A stretch of 64,000 nt of DNA, from the NCBI GenBank assembly GCA_964016885.1, contig OZ024750.1, forward strand, positions 51,522,001-51,586,000, written 5' to 3'. The stretch comes from Eledone cirrhosa. Taxonomy: Eukaryota. The notes beneath the pieces were generated by a model that was not told where the DNA came from, ran no database searches, and worked only from the letters and a program-made list of their open reading frames with translations. The position numbers and the translations under genes were made by a program. Shown here in pieces: positions 14,405-27,463 of the stretch (within the stretch, counting starts at the first letter, position 1; each line of letters begins with the position of its first letter).

Positions 14405-17400
14405 CTACAGGCTGATATAGAGAGAAGGCCCATTCACTCGGGCCATTCTCGCCACTTTCACCCACCTTTCATAAAACTTGCCTGGGGTACAGCACCTCTC
14501 TCTCCATCCTGATTCTTCTTCCAAAATGGTATTTGAAAAAAGGAATCAGTTGTTGGCCGGAGAGAAAGGTGTCTGACCTCAGCCCTTTCAACCTTGTCTA
14601 CCATACAACCTTTTTCGCCATAGATATCACACAAAGGAAAACCGCCTCTCCTTCGTTTTTGAAGGAGGGTGGGGGTTTGATCATGACAATGGACTCGGTG
14701 GTCAACTGGATTGGTTCCATCCGCGACAATATTCGTTCCACATAGCCCCACAGGTCGGTGACGCCCGGGCACTGTATGAATGTGTGCGCTACTGTTTCTT
14801 CGTCTCGTACGCACCTCGGACAGATCTTTTTTGCAGGGTCCAGGCCCGGGCACCCATGTCTGTAGAGTTGTCTCGAACTGGTAGAGCTCCTTGTTAGCAC
14901 TGCCAGGCCAGGGACTTTGGGAAGTTGTCCATCGGTCCCGGGCGAAAGGTCCTACTGGCCAGTTCGTCTTCCTCTACGCCCAGAGTTTCACCGAGCACGT
15001 CGTCGCACTTGCTGCGGATCAACCCTCTATAGAATGACGAAGTGGAGTCTCCACTGATCGCAGGGTCCGCCTGCCAGACGGCTGTGAGCGCCTGAGCACA
15101 TTCGATGTGCCAGTCGCCCATTTTCCTCGGTCTTTGCTTGACCCTAGGACTGCAGCTCGGTCAGAGAGACGAGTCGTGGGAAGGCTCGCCTCACGAACGG
15201 GGCCCACACCGGTTGTCCGGTGAGGAATACGTAGAGAGGCCGCAGCCTCAGCGCGTGTTTGCGCATCGTCAGTCACGGCATCCCCAGCCCTCCGTTGGAA
15301 GGGCGTTGGCAGCAGATGGATCTTCTCACCAAAGGAGCCCGCCTCTTCCAAAGGAATTGGAAGAGTGCGCGCTCCATTTTGGCGAGCGTTTTGGCTGGAC
15401 AAGGCACGACGGTCAAGCGGTAGTAGATGGCGGACACTATAAAAGTGTTCGCCACCTCTGCTCGACCTTTCAAGGATAGTTTGCACTCGGCCTACTTCTG
15501 GGTAAGTGCAAACACCTTGGCCCACACCTTGTTCCACTTCTTCTCCACCTGGAGGTCCGGACCAAACCAGACCCCGAGCAGCTTTACTGGTCCTTCCGTC
15601 CAGCGTCCGACGACGCCATCGGAAGGCATCGGTTTGCCTCTCCACGATCCGAGTTGCAAACCGATGGACTTGTCCCGGTTCAGCTTCGCTCCTGTGAACC
15701 TTTCGTATTCCTTCAGTAAGGTGCCGACTTCCTCGATTTGCGAGGCGCTCGACACCATTACTGTCACGTCGTCGGCGTAGGCCGACGTCTCTTTCCGCAG
15801 TCCCGGTTCCAGAGGGATGCCCTGCAATAGCTCCAACTTTCGCAGTAGTGGCTCGAGAGTCAATACGTACAGCAGGGAGGAGAGAGGGCATCCCTATCGA
15901 ATGGATCGCGTGATATGGAACGGCTCCGAGAGGTAGCCGTTCACCTTAACCCTTGAGCAGATGTTGCTGTTATGCATTGCAGTAATCGAGCCCCTGAACA
16001 CGGGTCCGAAGCCTGCCGCCTCGAGCACTGCATCCAGGTAACGATGGTCAACCCTATCGAAAGCCTTAGACTGATCCAAGTTGATCAGGGCCCCAACGAA
16101 GCCGGGTTTACACCCTACCCTCTCTGTGATGTATCGCATGAGGTGGAGGTTGTCGTGTATGGACCTGGTCGAGATTGCGCATGTCTGCGCTTCTCCCACC
16201 AGGTTCTCGACGACAAGCGCCAGCCTCTTTGTCAACACCTTGGCCAAAATCTGTAACTCTGTGTTTAGCAGAGTTATGGGCCGGAAGTTGCCTATGTCAT
16301 CCCCCTTATTCTCGTCCTTCCTGACTAGTGTGACTACGCCCCCGGTCACAGAACTGGGAATTCTCCCATTCTGTTGCCAGTTGCAGTAGACCGCTTCCAG
16401 GAGACCAGAGAATAAGTCCGGCATTGCTACGTAAAATTCGTAGGGTAGACCGTCGAGACCTGGAGATTTGCGTTTGCCGCATTGGCTCAACGCGTCCCAT
16501 ATCTTAGCGGCTGAAATCGGCCTTTCGCAGAATTTGCCTCGCTGTCCGAGAGTCGCGGTAGGCCGTCGAGGTATGGACCGAAATCCATAGCCCCTCCCGG
16601 CGTGCCGCCCTGCCCGAACAGCTGAGAAAAGTGCCGCTGAAAGGCCGCACACATCTGGTTCGGCTCACGTATCACGCGTCCGTTCTGGTCCTTCAAAGAC
16701 CGAATCGTGGACTTGTTGCCACTTTTTGCCTCCGTCACTCGGGCCCAGCTAACAGCTTTGGCTCCCTCGTTTCCCAGAGCACGTATTTTGCTTCTGACGA
16801 CGCACCCCTCATGCTTTGCGTCGAAGAACTGGTCCAAGGCCATTCTCGTTGCTAGCACGCTGGCTACGTTGCCACTTCTAATTGCCTCTTCTACTTTATC
16901 TACCAGTTCTTTCTCGGTTCTATTTCTATCTAACGCTAATTCTTTACTAAAAATTAACGAGTCTAATCTAACTGCCCTCTTGAGAGAGTACCACCATCTG
17001 TTGTTGACAAAGGTCCCTGTCAAGTGCTGTTTAACTAAAGTGCTAATCCGTCTACTGTAGGCTTTGCATGTCGGTAACGACAAGTTCAGCTTCCAGTAGC
17101 CGGGTCCTTGTCTATGGGTTCTATCAAGGTTGATCGTGCAGGTCACTAGTTTGTGATCTGAATAGGCAACCATGAACATTTGTGGACAGCTTAACATGTC
17201 CCTATCCTTATTTCTAACTAGAACCCTATCTAGGTACGATCTAGATGTTCCGCTACGATCAGTCTACGTCCACAGTGGCACAGTCGGAAAATCTAGTCGA
17301 TATCTATCGGCCAGGTCAAATCGGCCGACTAACTGTTTGAGGATGTTACACCCCCATTTATCAGGACATGCTCCCACATAGTCCAAACGTGCATCTAGGA

Positions 17401-17832
17401 TTCCATTCCAGTCCCCCACTAAAAGCAAGGAGCGGGACGTTCCCAGAATGGTCTCTAGACGTTTGAAGAAGTCTGGCCGCGGTGTCCCGGATGGGGCATA
17501 TGCGGCCACCAGCCTGAAGGCTCCACCTTCACTACCGTCAACGTCTAGGACCACCAGTCGACCCTCCGGGTCCAGATGTACCGTCTGTGTTACGAGGCCC
17601 AGGTGTTTCCGCAGCAAAACGGCAACCCCGTCCCCCACCCCCCGGCTGACAGAGAGATGCGTAGATTTCAAAGTCATCGAAGATGGGGGCCAGCTGTCGC
17701 TCGCTGTGGATCCTGGACTCGCAAATGGCTACTACGTCCATACTGTGACCTGAGGTCGTTTAAGAGTTTGCCCTGTTTCCAGGGCATCCCCAGGCCGCGT
17801 ACATTCACACACCCAACTCTTATATTGGCCAT
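14405..17832 (-). pseudogene. Tx1 ORF2 (AP-endonuclease + reverse transcriptase + zinc motif), several frameshifts/stops
   Basis: Motifs CVNVRGL, AYAP, GDWN, YSDH, GPGYWKLN, KSPGLDGLPYEFY, FRPITLLN, LDQSKAFDRVDH, SAYADD, GGLGMP, CPRC..EETVAHTFIQC. Confidence 0.93.
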
Positions 17833-17869
17833 GTTGGTTCTGAAAAGTTAAAAGAGGAGAAGAAAACAC

Positions 17870-19595
17870 TCACCTCTTCGTCTCCCGGGGATCAGGCTGT
17901 ACGGTTTCCATGGGGGTGTTAGAGGAGTTGTCTGGGTGGGTGGTGGTTTCCGGCGGGGTGGGGACGGAGATGTTTGGTGGGGTGTGGGTGTTTGGGGTGA
18001 GGGTGTGGAAACTTTTTAAAAGGAAGCGGTTAATGGGTTTAACACAAGGATTACCCACGTCCTTAGGAAAGTTTTCCTTTAAAGACTTATAGGTGTCCGT
18101 AGGGACCTTAATCGTCTTTAAATTAGGTTTGTCTACACAGTTGGAAAAAGTTTTCCCTTCGGTTTTCACCGAAGGGTCGTTGGAGATGACCTCCATTAAA
18201 GTTTTGTTTTTACTGTTTATGTATGTGTAATGTTCTTGTTGTGTTGCGGTGGTTTTTGTCTGTTGTTCTTGTGGGAGCTTTCGTTTTGTTGTAGGTGTTT
18301 GTGTTTGGAGTGATGTCGTGGTTTTGTTTTCGGGATGGGGGGTTTTTGTTTGTAATGTTTGTGTTGTTTGTGTTGGTGGTTGTATGTTTGTAGTGATGTT
18401 TGTTGTTTTTTTTTTGTTCTTGTGGTGTCTTTTCTTCTTTCTTTTCGAACTTGGTGATGATGTGGGGGCCTCGTCCGTTGTGGTGTCTGTGTTATTTGGA
18501 AGGGGTATGTTTTGGGGAGCTGTTGTGTTTGTGGGTGTTTTTGCAGTGGTTTTAAGTGGAGTGGGGTTGGGTGGGACTGTGCTTGCAGGTTGGTTTGTTG
18601 TTCTTGTTTTGGTTGTGTTTGTGTGTTGTTGTTGTTGTTGTGGTGATGGTGGTGGTTGTTGTGTTGTTGTTTTGGGTGTTGGCAGTAGTGCCGCTTTTTT
18701 TATTTAACTGAGGACAGTAAGCGTTCAGGTGACCACTGCTTAAACAGTGGTAACATGAAGGGCGCCTACCCTCAACAGAAATGTTTATGTGTGAAATTCC
18801 ATCCAGAGGCACACGTTGGGGTATTTTAGCTATCCGTTCTGGCCTCATTTGGACCAGAACTTCCATGCTTGTACCATTGAATGTGCCTCTGGAGGACTTT
18901 CCCACCGAAATGATGGTGTCTTCGTCGAAATCGATGAAGCCAGTTAGAATCCACCAGACGTTTACTTTTGGTGCAATGTTCAAAATTTTTATTTTTTTAG
19001 TTCTTTTTCCCATATATGCGGGGAAAAAGATGTAAAGGGGGGACACAATCGGCGATACAGAATATTTTTGTGCTGTCAATTGGTCTTTCAACAACACCGA
19101 AATGCTTCCAAAAAGTTTCCCTTTTTGGATGAAGGCAATATCCTTCATGGAATTCTTCAGAACCAGTTCAATATCGTTTTGGGATAACTGAACTGGTTTT
19201 TTCGACACATTTGAGACCGTCCTTAAAATTACTGTTTTTAGAACAGTTTCTCAGCGTAACTGTTGAGGAGAAGTGATGCTGAAAGCACCACTCTCACCAA
19301 AAGTTACGTACTGTTTTGCATCGCTTAACATTTCCCTGGCATTGGAAATGTCAAGGTATGTGAACAGTTCCGTCTTTTGGACGGTTTGAGCAAAAGAAAT
19401 ATTTTCCTTGTTCGTGGAGTTGTTCGTGTTGCTGCTGTTGTTGGTGGTGTTGTTGTTATCATTGTTGTTGTTGTTGGTGGTGGTGCTGTTGTTGTTCTTG
19501 TTGTCATTATTGTTGTTGTTGTTGTTGTTGTTGATTATATGTTGCATGTTATTGGTGTTTGTGTTAGTGTTGATGTTACAATCAACGTCCGACAT
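17870..19595 (-). pseudogene. Tx1 ORF1 (gag-like, zinc knuckle), frameshifted, with Asn/Thr low-complexity tracts
   Basis: EGRRPSCYHCLSSGHLNAYC (CX2CX4HX4C); lies upstream of ORF2 on the same strand. Confidence 0.82.
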
Positions 19596-19648
19596 CGTGT
19601 TTTCAAAACTGACGACATTTTCGATGTCTTTCAATGAGGTGGTGAGAG

Positions 19649-19728
<80 letters not shown>

Positions 19729-19856
19729 TGATTGAGGCTGATCTGCTACTTGCAGCTAGAGATGGCAACATGAATGGACCTGTTATTTTTATTTTAAAAC
19801 ATTTTTTTCCAATTCCACCCCGCCCGTCCCTTCAATCTATCTTATTTCTTAGTCTT

Positions 19857-19892
19857 TCTTCTGATGAAGGACTAGCGTCCGAAATGTTAAGA
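19857..19892 (+). ncRNA. Minimal type I hammerhead (Penelope pLTR type) in a short element of about 19730-19975
   Basis: TCTT-CTGATGA-A GGAC tagc GTCC-GAAA-TG-TT-AAGA; homologue at 32539-32574. Confidence 0.7.
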
Positions 19893-19991
19893 CCCTCTTC
19901 CTGCTATTTCAAGCGTTAACCTAATATATTCCTTCCATATACTGTACCGATTGTGTTGTTATTTCTGTTTACCTTTTACATACACACACAA

Positions 19992-20089
<98 letters not shown>

Positions 20090-20119
20090 GGAAATAAAAT
20101 CATAATTTTATTTCTCGCC

Positions 20120-20354
20120 CTAGCACAGCTGATACATGTACAGATACAAAGTACATGCACACATACAACTCAGAACATACACATACACACATACAATAAG
20201 ATCCATACCTGCACACACATGCATGTATGCAGACAAGCATATATATCTAAATAGTTGAGGTTGTTTAAATTCCAATGCGAGACTCTTGTGTCTATGTGAG
20301 AAACCGACTCTCCCTCTATTGGTAAAAATTGGGGAATTTATAAAACCAGAAGAA
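20120..20354 (+). mobile_element. 3'-UTR-only fragment of the R4/Dong-like element, ending in (TACA)n
   Basis: Matches 23305-23529 and 25845-26062. Confidence 0.8.
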
Positions 20355-20375
20355 CATACATACATACATACATAT

Positions 20376-23300
20376 AATCATTCAACGCGATGAGACGCAT
20401 ATTTTGGTGTGGGAGACAATTAAATTTAAGATGAATACTATTTCCGGCAGTAATGCCACAACTACCAGTCATATTGAATAACTGGTTATTCTTCTAACTA
20501 TATCTACTGAAGACACCTTTTATTCGAATTCGAGGAGATATCCGACTAAATACATAATTCATTTTACAAGGATTTGCTACAAACAGCATGGCTGAACACA
20601 ACATCAAAAACAACAGCATTAACGAAGTACCGAAGAAAAACTAACTAGAGAAGAAACCGAAATTATAAATCACATTTCTCTTGGAGTTGCGAACTCAATG
20701 ATGATTTATTTAATTGTTATAAAATGGCAAAAAAACAATCCCTCCATTGGCTATATGAACAGAATGAAGCTACACTCAGAGCTAAATTATTTCACAGCAA
20801 AACAATTACACCGACAAGCGATGTTTGTTGAACGTAAAAATAAGATGAATATTATTAATGGTAAGTCCCCCACAACTAACATGGGATCAACCACACGTGC
20901 TACAGGTCGCCATGCTACTAGACTTCCTAGCAGCCAGGTCGAACAGTGTCTTGAAACAACTATGCCTGTAAGAAATTTGACACCACGTGTACCATCTAAG
21001 TCTACCTCGAATGCTGGGGAAAACACTATCGATAATAATAATAATCGAAGAAATAATAATAATAATCGAAGAAATTTGACACCACGTGTACCATCCGAGT
21101 CTACTTCGACTTTTGTGGAAAATACTATCGATAATGATAATAATCAAAAGTATAAACAATTGAAAATTTCCCTCATCGAAATCTTCCAGAGAGAAATTAA
21201 TTCTTGTATAAATATTTCTCTTGCTGAACGTGTTAAAACAACAATATTTAATTAATAAAAACAAATAATGAAATATAACGTATTATTGACGAAATAGGGG
21301 ATGAATATTTACGACGGATAAAAACTCCAACATTTTGGCAAATTAACGCCTGTTTATATGCCTTAGCAACGACAGTAAAGCATTATCTTGGTGATAGCAG
21401 AGATATTAACAAGAACAAAACACCACCAAAAATACCATCATATGAAACTAAAATATAAAAAAAGAGTGCTGACCTACGAAAAACCATAGGACATGTGACA
21501 ATGCTCCTTACATGCAAACAAACACAAAAAAACTTCATTCATCATCAATAAAGAGACGATGTTTGTTAACAGTAGAACCAGAACTCTCCAATATAAGCTG
21601 ATCACCCTCAAACAAGAATTGAGAGCTGTTAGCGAAAAACGCCGAAACCTGAAGAAGGTAGATGAGAGAAAAGTGCTTAATAAAAGATTCAGACGAAACC
21701 AAACATCAGTCTATAGAGATATGAAGGGCAAAATAATAAGTGTCACTGAGGCCCCATTCCAGAAAGACATAGATTCCTTTTGAAGAAACATATGGGCTGA
21801 AAAGAAGAATTTCAACCAAGATGCAGTGTGGCTAAGAGAAATCCAAAAGAACAATTGTTCCTACACTACAACAAAAACATACGAAATAAGTGACGGTACA
21901 CTTGAGACTGGGATAGGAAAACTCCAAGATAAGAAAACACCAGGAAGAGACATAATTGTCGGCTACTGGTACAAAAAACTGATATTCTATCGGAGGTATC
22001 TTACCGACCTCTACCAACAAGTTCTTAAGGGAGATACGCTTATACCAGAATGGTTGACATTAGCACAAACATTACTGGTCCCCAAGAACAAAGACACCGA
22101 CCTGGAAAAAAACTACCCAACCATAGCATGCCAGAACCTGATGTATAAGATGTATATAGCCTGCCTGAACCTATTCCTCCAAGATCACTGTGAAAATAAT
22201 AACATCATCACAGATGAACAAGCAACTGGAAAGAAAGGGGTTTGGAGATGTGCTGAACAACTCCTAATCAACAAAACTGCGATGTCGGAGGTTTGACAAC
22301 TTAGGACTACAGGAAAGCTTTCGATTCTGTTCCCCACTCTTGGATGATAGAGGCCCTTCGACATGCTAAAGTCCCATACATTATTATCAGAGACAGAGAG
22401 GCTGTCTTCTTCTTGGGCTACTATCCTAAAGACAGGGAAGGAGGGCTCTATTTTCACTGATAAAATAAAATATCGCAGAGGTATATTTCAGAGAGACAAT
22501 CTCTCTATGGTATTATTCATCCTGTCATAAAACCGCTTGTCGTTTCTGCTCAAGAAATGTGAAGGATACATCATTGGCTCACAGGAGGACAGAAATACCA
22601 ACCTAACCCATAATTTCTTTGTGGGCGATCTGAAACTCTATCCCAAGAACATGGATGGGATGAAGCGAAATCTTGACCTGGTTACAACATTCTCAAATGA
22701 TATAGGAATGGAGTTTGGCCAAGATAAATGCTCATATATGACTGAAAAGCGGGGAAAAACAACAACCCAATCTAGCAACATTTGTATCAATGGCCTAACT
22801 GTTTCACCAATATCTGTACAATGCAATCCGTAGGAAAGATAGCCCCGATAATAAACACATTAAAAGCTACAGCAATGTGGAAGACATATATTTCTTACAT
22901 ATACATAATATGAAAGAGTACTAGTGGAATGTTCCAGTAAAAACCCCAATAAAATGCAGGCATAACAGATCAGATATTATGATATGGTACAGGGAAAAGA
23001 AGGCATGCACAGTAGTGGAAGTTAGCTGTCCAGCAGATGCCAATATAATATCAAAGATTAGCGAAAAGGAGAATATTTATGCAGAACTGATGAGAAATTT
23101 GCAGATATTCCACCCTGATTATACCTTCAGATTTATGCCTGTGATTATTGGGGCACTGGGGTATGTTAGTAACTGCCTCAATACAAATCTTGAGAAGCTG
23201 GGCTTCACAGCAACAGAAAGAACACAACTAGTTAGGAAATTACAAGTACAAGCCTTTAATGCAACAGTAAAAATATGTAAAACATTCCAAAATATTTGCA

Positions 23301-23529
23301 TCTAATACCTGCATATACACATGTACATATACTAAGCATATACACATGCACACATACAACTCAAAACATCCACATCTACACATACAATAACATCCATATC
23401 TACACATGCATACAGACATATATACTTAGTTGATGTTGTTTAAATTCCAATGAGAGTGTCTTGTGTCTATGTTAGAAACCGACTTTCTCTCTATTGGGAA
23501 AGATTTGTGAAATTATAAAACCAGAAGAA
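20376..23529 (+). mobile_element. R4/Dong-clade non-LTR retrotransposon (RT + restriction-like endonuclease), decayed copy 1
   Basis: GYMNRMKLH N-terminal domain, KTPGRDIIVGYWYKK, THNFFVGDLKLY, IGMEFGQDKC, C-terminal RLE HNRSDIMIW..VVEVSCPAD..EKENIYAEL..PVIIGALG. Confidence 0.88.
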
Positions 23530-23615
23530 CATACATACATACATACATACATACATACATACATACATACATACATACATACATACATACATACATACAT
23601 ACATACATACATACA

Positions 23616-26062
23616 GCCAACACGATCAGTCGCATGTTTTGGCGAGGGAGACTATTTATTAGATTTAAGATGAATACTATCTCCGACAGTAATGCCACAA
23701 CTACAGTCAGGTTGAATAATTGGTTATTCTTCTAACTATCTCTTCTGAAGACACCTTTTATTCGAATTCGTAGAAATATCCGACTAAATACATAATTCAT
23801 TTTACAAGGATTTTCTACAAACAGCATGGCTGAACACAACATCAACAACAAAATTAAGGAAGTACCGAAGACAAATAACAAGGAAGATAATCAAACTTTA
23901 TTCAGTTGTAGCGACAGAAAAAACCGAAATTATAAATTGCATTTCTCTTGGAGTTGCGAACTTAATAATGATTTATTTAATTGTTATAAAATGGCAAAAA
24001 ACAATCCCTCCATTGGCTATATGAATAGAATGAAGCTACACTGGGACGAAATGCAGCCAGAGCTAAATTATTTCACAGCGAAACAATTACGCCAACAAGC
24101 GACGTTTGTTGAACGTAAAAATAAGATAAATATTATTAACTGTAAGTCCTCCACAACAAACATGTTATCCACAACACGTGCTACAGGTCGCCTGCTACCA
24201 GACTTCCTAGCAGCCAGGTCGAAAAGCGCCTTGAAACAACTATGCCTGTAAGAAACTTGACACCATCTGTTCCATCTAAGTCTACCTCGAATGTTGGGGA
24301 AAACACTATCGATAATAATAATAATCGAATAAATGTGACACCACGTGTACCATCCGAGTCTACCTCGACTATTGTGGAAAATACTATCGATAATGATAAT
24401 CAAAAGTATAAACAATTGAAAATTTCCCTCAGCGAAATCTTCCAGAGAGAAATTAACTCATGTATAAATATCTCTCTTGCTGAACGTGTTAAAACGACAA
24501 TATTTAATAAAAAACCAAATAAAGAAATACTACGTGTTATTGACGAAATAGGGGATGAATATTTACGACTGATAAAAATCCCAACATTTTGGCAAATCAA
24601 CGCCTGTTTATATGCCTTAGCAACGACATTATCTTGGTGATAGCAGAGATATTAACAAGAACAAAACACCACCAACAATACCATCATAAATAACTAAAAT
24701 AGAAAAAAAGATTGCTGACCTACGAAAAAACCAAAGGATACGTGACAATGCTCTTTACATGCAAAAAACACAAAAAAAATTCACTCCTCACCAACAAAGA
24801 GTGAAAAATAAAATAGAGACGATGTTTTGTAACAGTAGAACCATAACTCTCCAATATAAGCTGATCACCCTCAAACAAGAATTGAGAGCTGTTAGCTAAA
24901 AACGCCGATACCTGAAGAAGGTAGATGAGAGAAAAGTGCTTAATAAAAGATTCAGACGAAACCAAACATTAGTCTATTGAGATATGAAGGGAAAAATAAT
25001 AAGTGTCACTGAGGCCCCATCCCAGAAAGACATAGATTCCTTTGGGAAAAAAATATTGGGTGAAAAGAAGAATTTCAACCAAGATGTAGTGTGGCTGAGA
25101 TAAATCCGAAAGAACTATTGCTCCTACACTACAACAAAAACATACGGAATAAGTGAGGGTACACTTGAGACTGGGATAGGAAAACTCCAAGATAAGAAAA
25201 CACCAGGAAGAGACATGATTGTCGGCTACTGGTACAAAAAACTAATATTCTATCGGAGGTATCTTACAGACCTCTACCAACAAGTTCTTAAGGGAGATAC
25301 ACTTATACCAGAATGGTTGAAATTAGCACAAACGTTACTGGTCCCCAAGAACAAAGACACCCACTTGACAAAAAACTACCGACCCATTGCATGCCATAAC
25401 CTGATGTATAAAATGTATACAGCCTGCCTGAACCTATTCCTCCAAGATCACTGTGAAAATAATAACATCATCACAGATGAACAAGACGCTGGAAAGAAAG
25501 GGGTTTGGGGATGTTCTGAACAACTCCTAATCAACAAAACTGCGATGTCGGAGGTACGACAACTTAGGAGGAATATGACTACAGTCTGGCTGGACTACAG
25601 GAAAGCTTTCGATTCTGTTCCCCACTCTTGGATGATAGAGGCCCTCCAACTTGCTAAAGTCTCAGACATTATTGTCAGAGCCATAGAGAGGCTGTCTTCT
25701 TTTGGGGCTACTATCATAAGGTTAAATACAGAGAGGGAGGACTCTATTTTCACTGATAAAATAAAATATTGCAGGGGTATATTTCAGGGGGGCAGTCTCC
25801 CTGTGATATTATTCATCTTGTCATTAAACCCCCTTGTCTTTTCTCCATATACACATGTACAGATACAAAGCATATACACATGCACACATAACTCAAAACA
25901 TCCACATCGACACATACAATAACATCCATATCTACACATGCATGCATACATACATATCTACCTAGTTGATGTTGTATAAATTCCAATGAGAGAGTCTTGT
26001 GTCTATGTTAGAAACCGACTCTCTCTCTATTGGGAAAGATTTGTGAAATTATAAAACCAGAA
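23616..26062 (+). mobile_element. R4/Dong-clade retrotransposon, decayed copy 2, with the C-terminal RT/RLE part deleted but the 3' UTR retained
   Basis: Collinear with copy 1; NYRPIAC, WLDYRKAFDSVPHSW, RGIFQGGSLPVILFILSLNPL, then a jump to the 3' UTR. Confidence 0.88.
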
Positions 26063-27463
26063 CATACACACATACATACATACATGCATACATACATACA
26101 TACATACATACATGATGACTGCAAACACACCTAAGAGTATTGCAATCGCTTGTCAAATTACAGAAAATGGTGCACTTTTAGGTCATGGCCAAGCGACACG
26201 AACCTGTAACAAATCCTGAACAAGCAATGCCTGTCCTTTGAAGGTGTTTTAAGTGGGGAAAGGCCTTGCACTCAACCAATCCCACTCTCTGAGCATTGAT
26301 AACACTACCAGAAAAGGAGAACTGGTCAACATCATCGGATGCTTCCGAAGCCACAGGGTTTTTTTTCTGAGTTCCCCTCTCTTAGAAAGGTGTTGTGACA
26401 ACAACTGGGGTCCTTTCATTCCCAGGTATAAAAAAAAAATACTATTTGGATGGCCGTTGATTCTGCTGAGATTCTCCGCCCTTTGCCAGGTCTTGTATTT
26501 CAACCAGCAGATTGTCGAAATATCACCTTCCTCACCAAGCTAGCTTTGGTGAGGTTGCCGGTTTAGTCACCGACGACCCGACCGTGAGACAGTTAACTAT
26601 AGATCTTTGCTGATTCGAATCTCGGATAATCTATGTTAGATTTTCATTATTTTTATGATAAGTTTCCTAGAGACTAGGTCAAGGGTAACATCTAGGAAAT
26701 TAGCTACTTTAAGATTATGTTCGAATGTTATTTTTAAGCTCATAACGCTTAAAGAATGATCTTATACGTTTCCTTCTTCTTTCTAAATGATGACCATTGA
26801 AAATCTGTCTGATTTCTACGACGAAGAAGACTGGCACCAAATCTAGTATTTCAATATCTTTCTTAACTCTAATGTTCACCTCTCATCTATTTTATTATCT
26901 TAGCCCATAAATCAAACTGCTAGCTTCAAATGGATTTTATGTCCAACATCTTTTCATGAAAACAGACAGTTCCGTTTCCTAAAATGGTCCGCTTTAAACT
27001 ATAGAATAACTTCCTCTCAGTCAATGACATTTCTTACTCCGGTAGTACCATGAATACCTGAAGCCCATTGGCTACTGTACACTTCACTTCCTTCTCCTTC
27101 TCTTTCTACACAGACATACCTAAAAAGGTGTTAATTATTTCATTAATCTCTGATGAATTGTCGAATGCAGACATAATGCGAGTAAGTGATTAGAATATTC
27201 CTATGCAGCTCTTGTAGCTGATTATATATTCAGCAATAAAACATGTGTTAGATTATTTAATCAAATAAAACTCTTTTCAAATTTCTCCTTATTTCTTGCC
27301 TGTTTTTCCTAATACAATATTTTATACTAAATTAATCCGTGAATTCTAGGAACCTTGAACCATATTCGAAGATTTAAAATTTGGAAAATTATATTACATA
27401 ACTCCATTAACCACGTCGAGAAATAATATCTGGTAAGCTGTTCTTTCACTATTATTTAAATAA

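Larger units (their letters stand above)
14166..19649 (-). mobile_element. Tx1-clade non-LTR retrotransposon, near full length, decayed, flanked on both sides by (GATA)n
   Basis: ORF1 with CCHC knuckle, ORF2 with APE, RT and C-terminal Cys motif; AATAAA just before the microsatellite at the 3' end. Confidence 0.92.

Noticed and set aside
15019-18707. Alternative-frame and antisense ORFs over the Tx1 element
   Set aside because: By-products of GC-rich coding sequence and low-complexity tracts
23740-23790. Possible hammerhead in the R4-like 5' UTR (CTGAAGA...GAAA)
   Set aside because: No convincing stems I-III, and GAAA is not conserved in copy 1
26113-26590. ORFs 26249-26503 and 26253-26543 as host exons
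   Set aside because: No recognisable domain; more likely a decayed retroelement fragment, class not assignable
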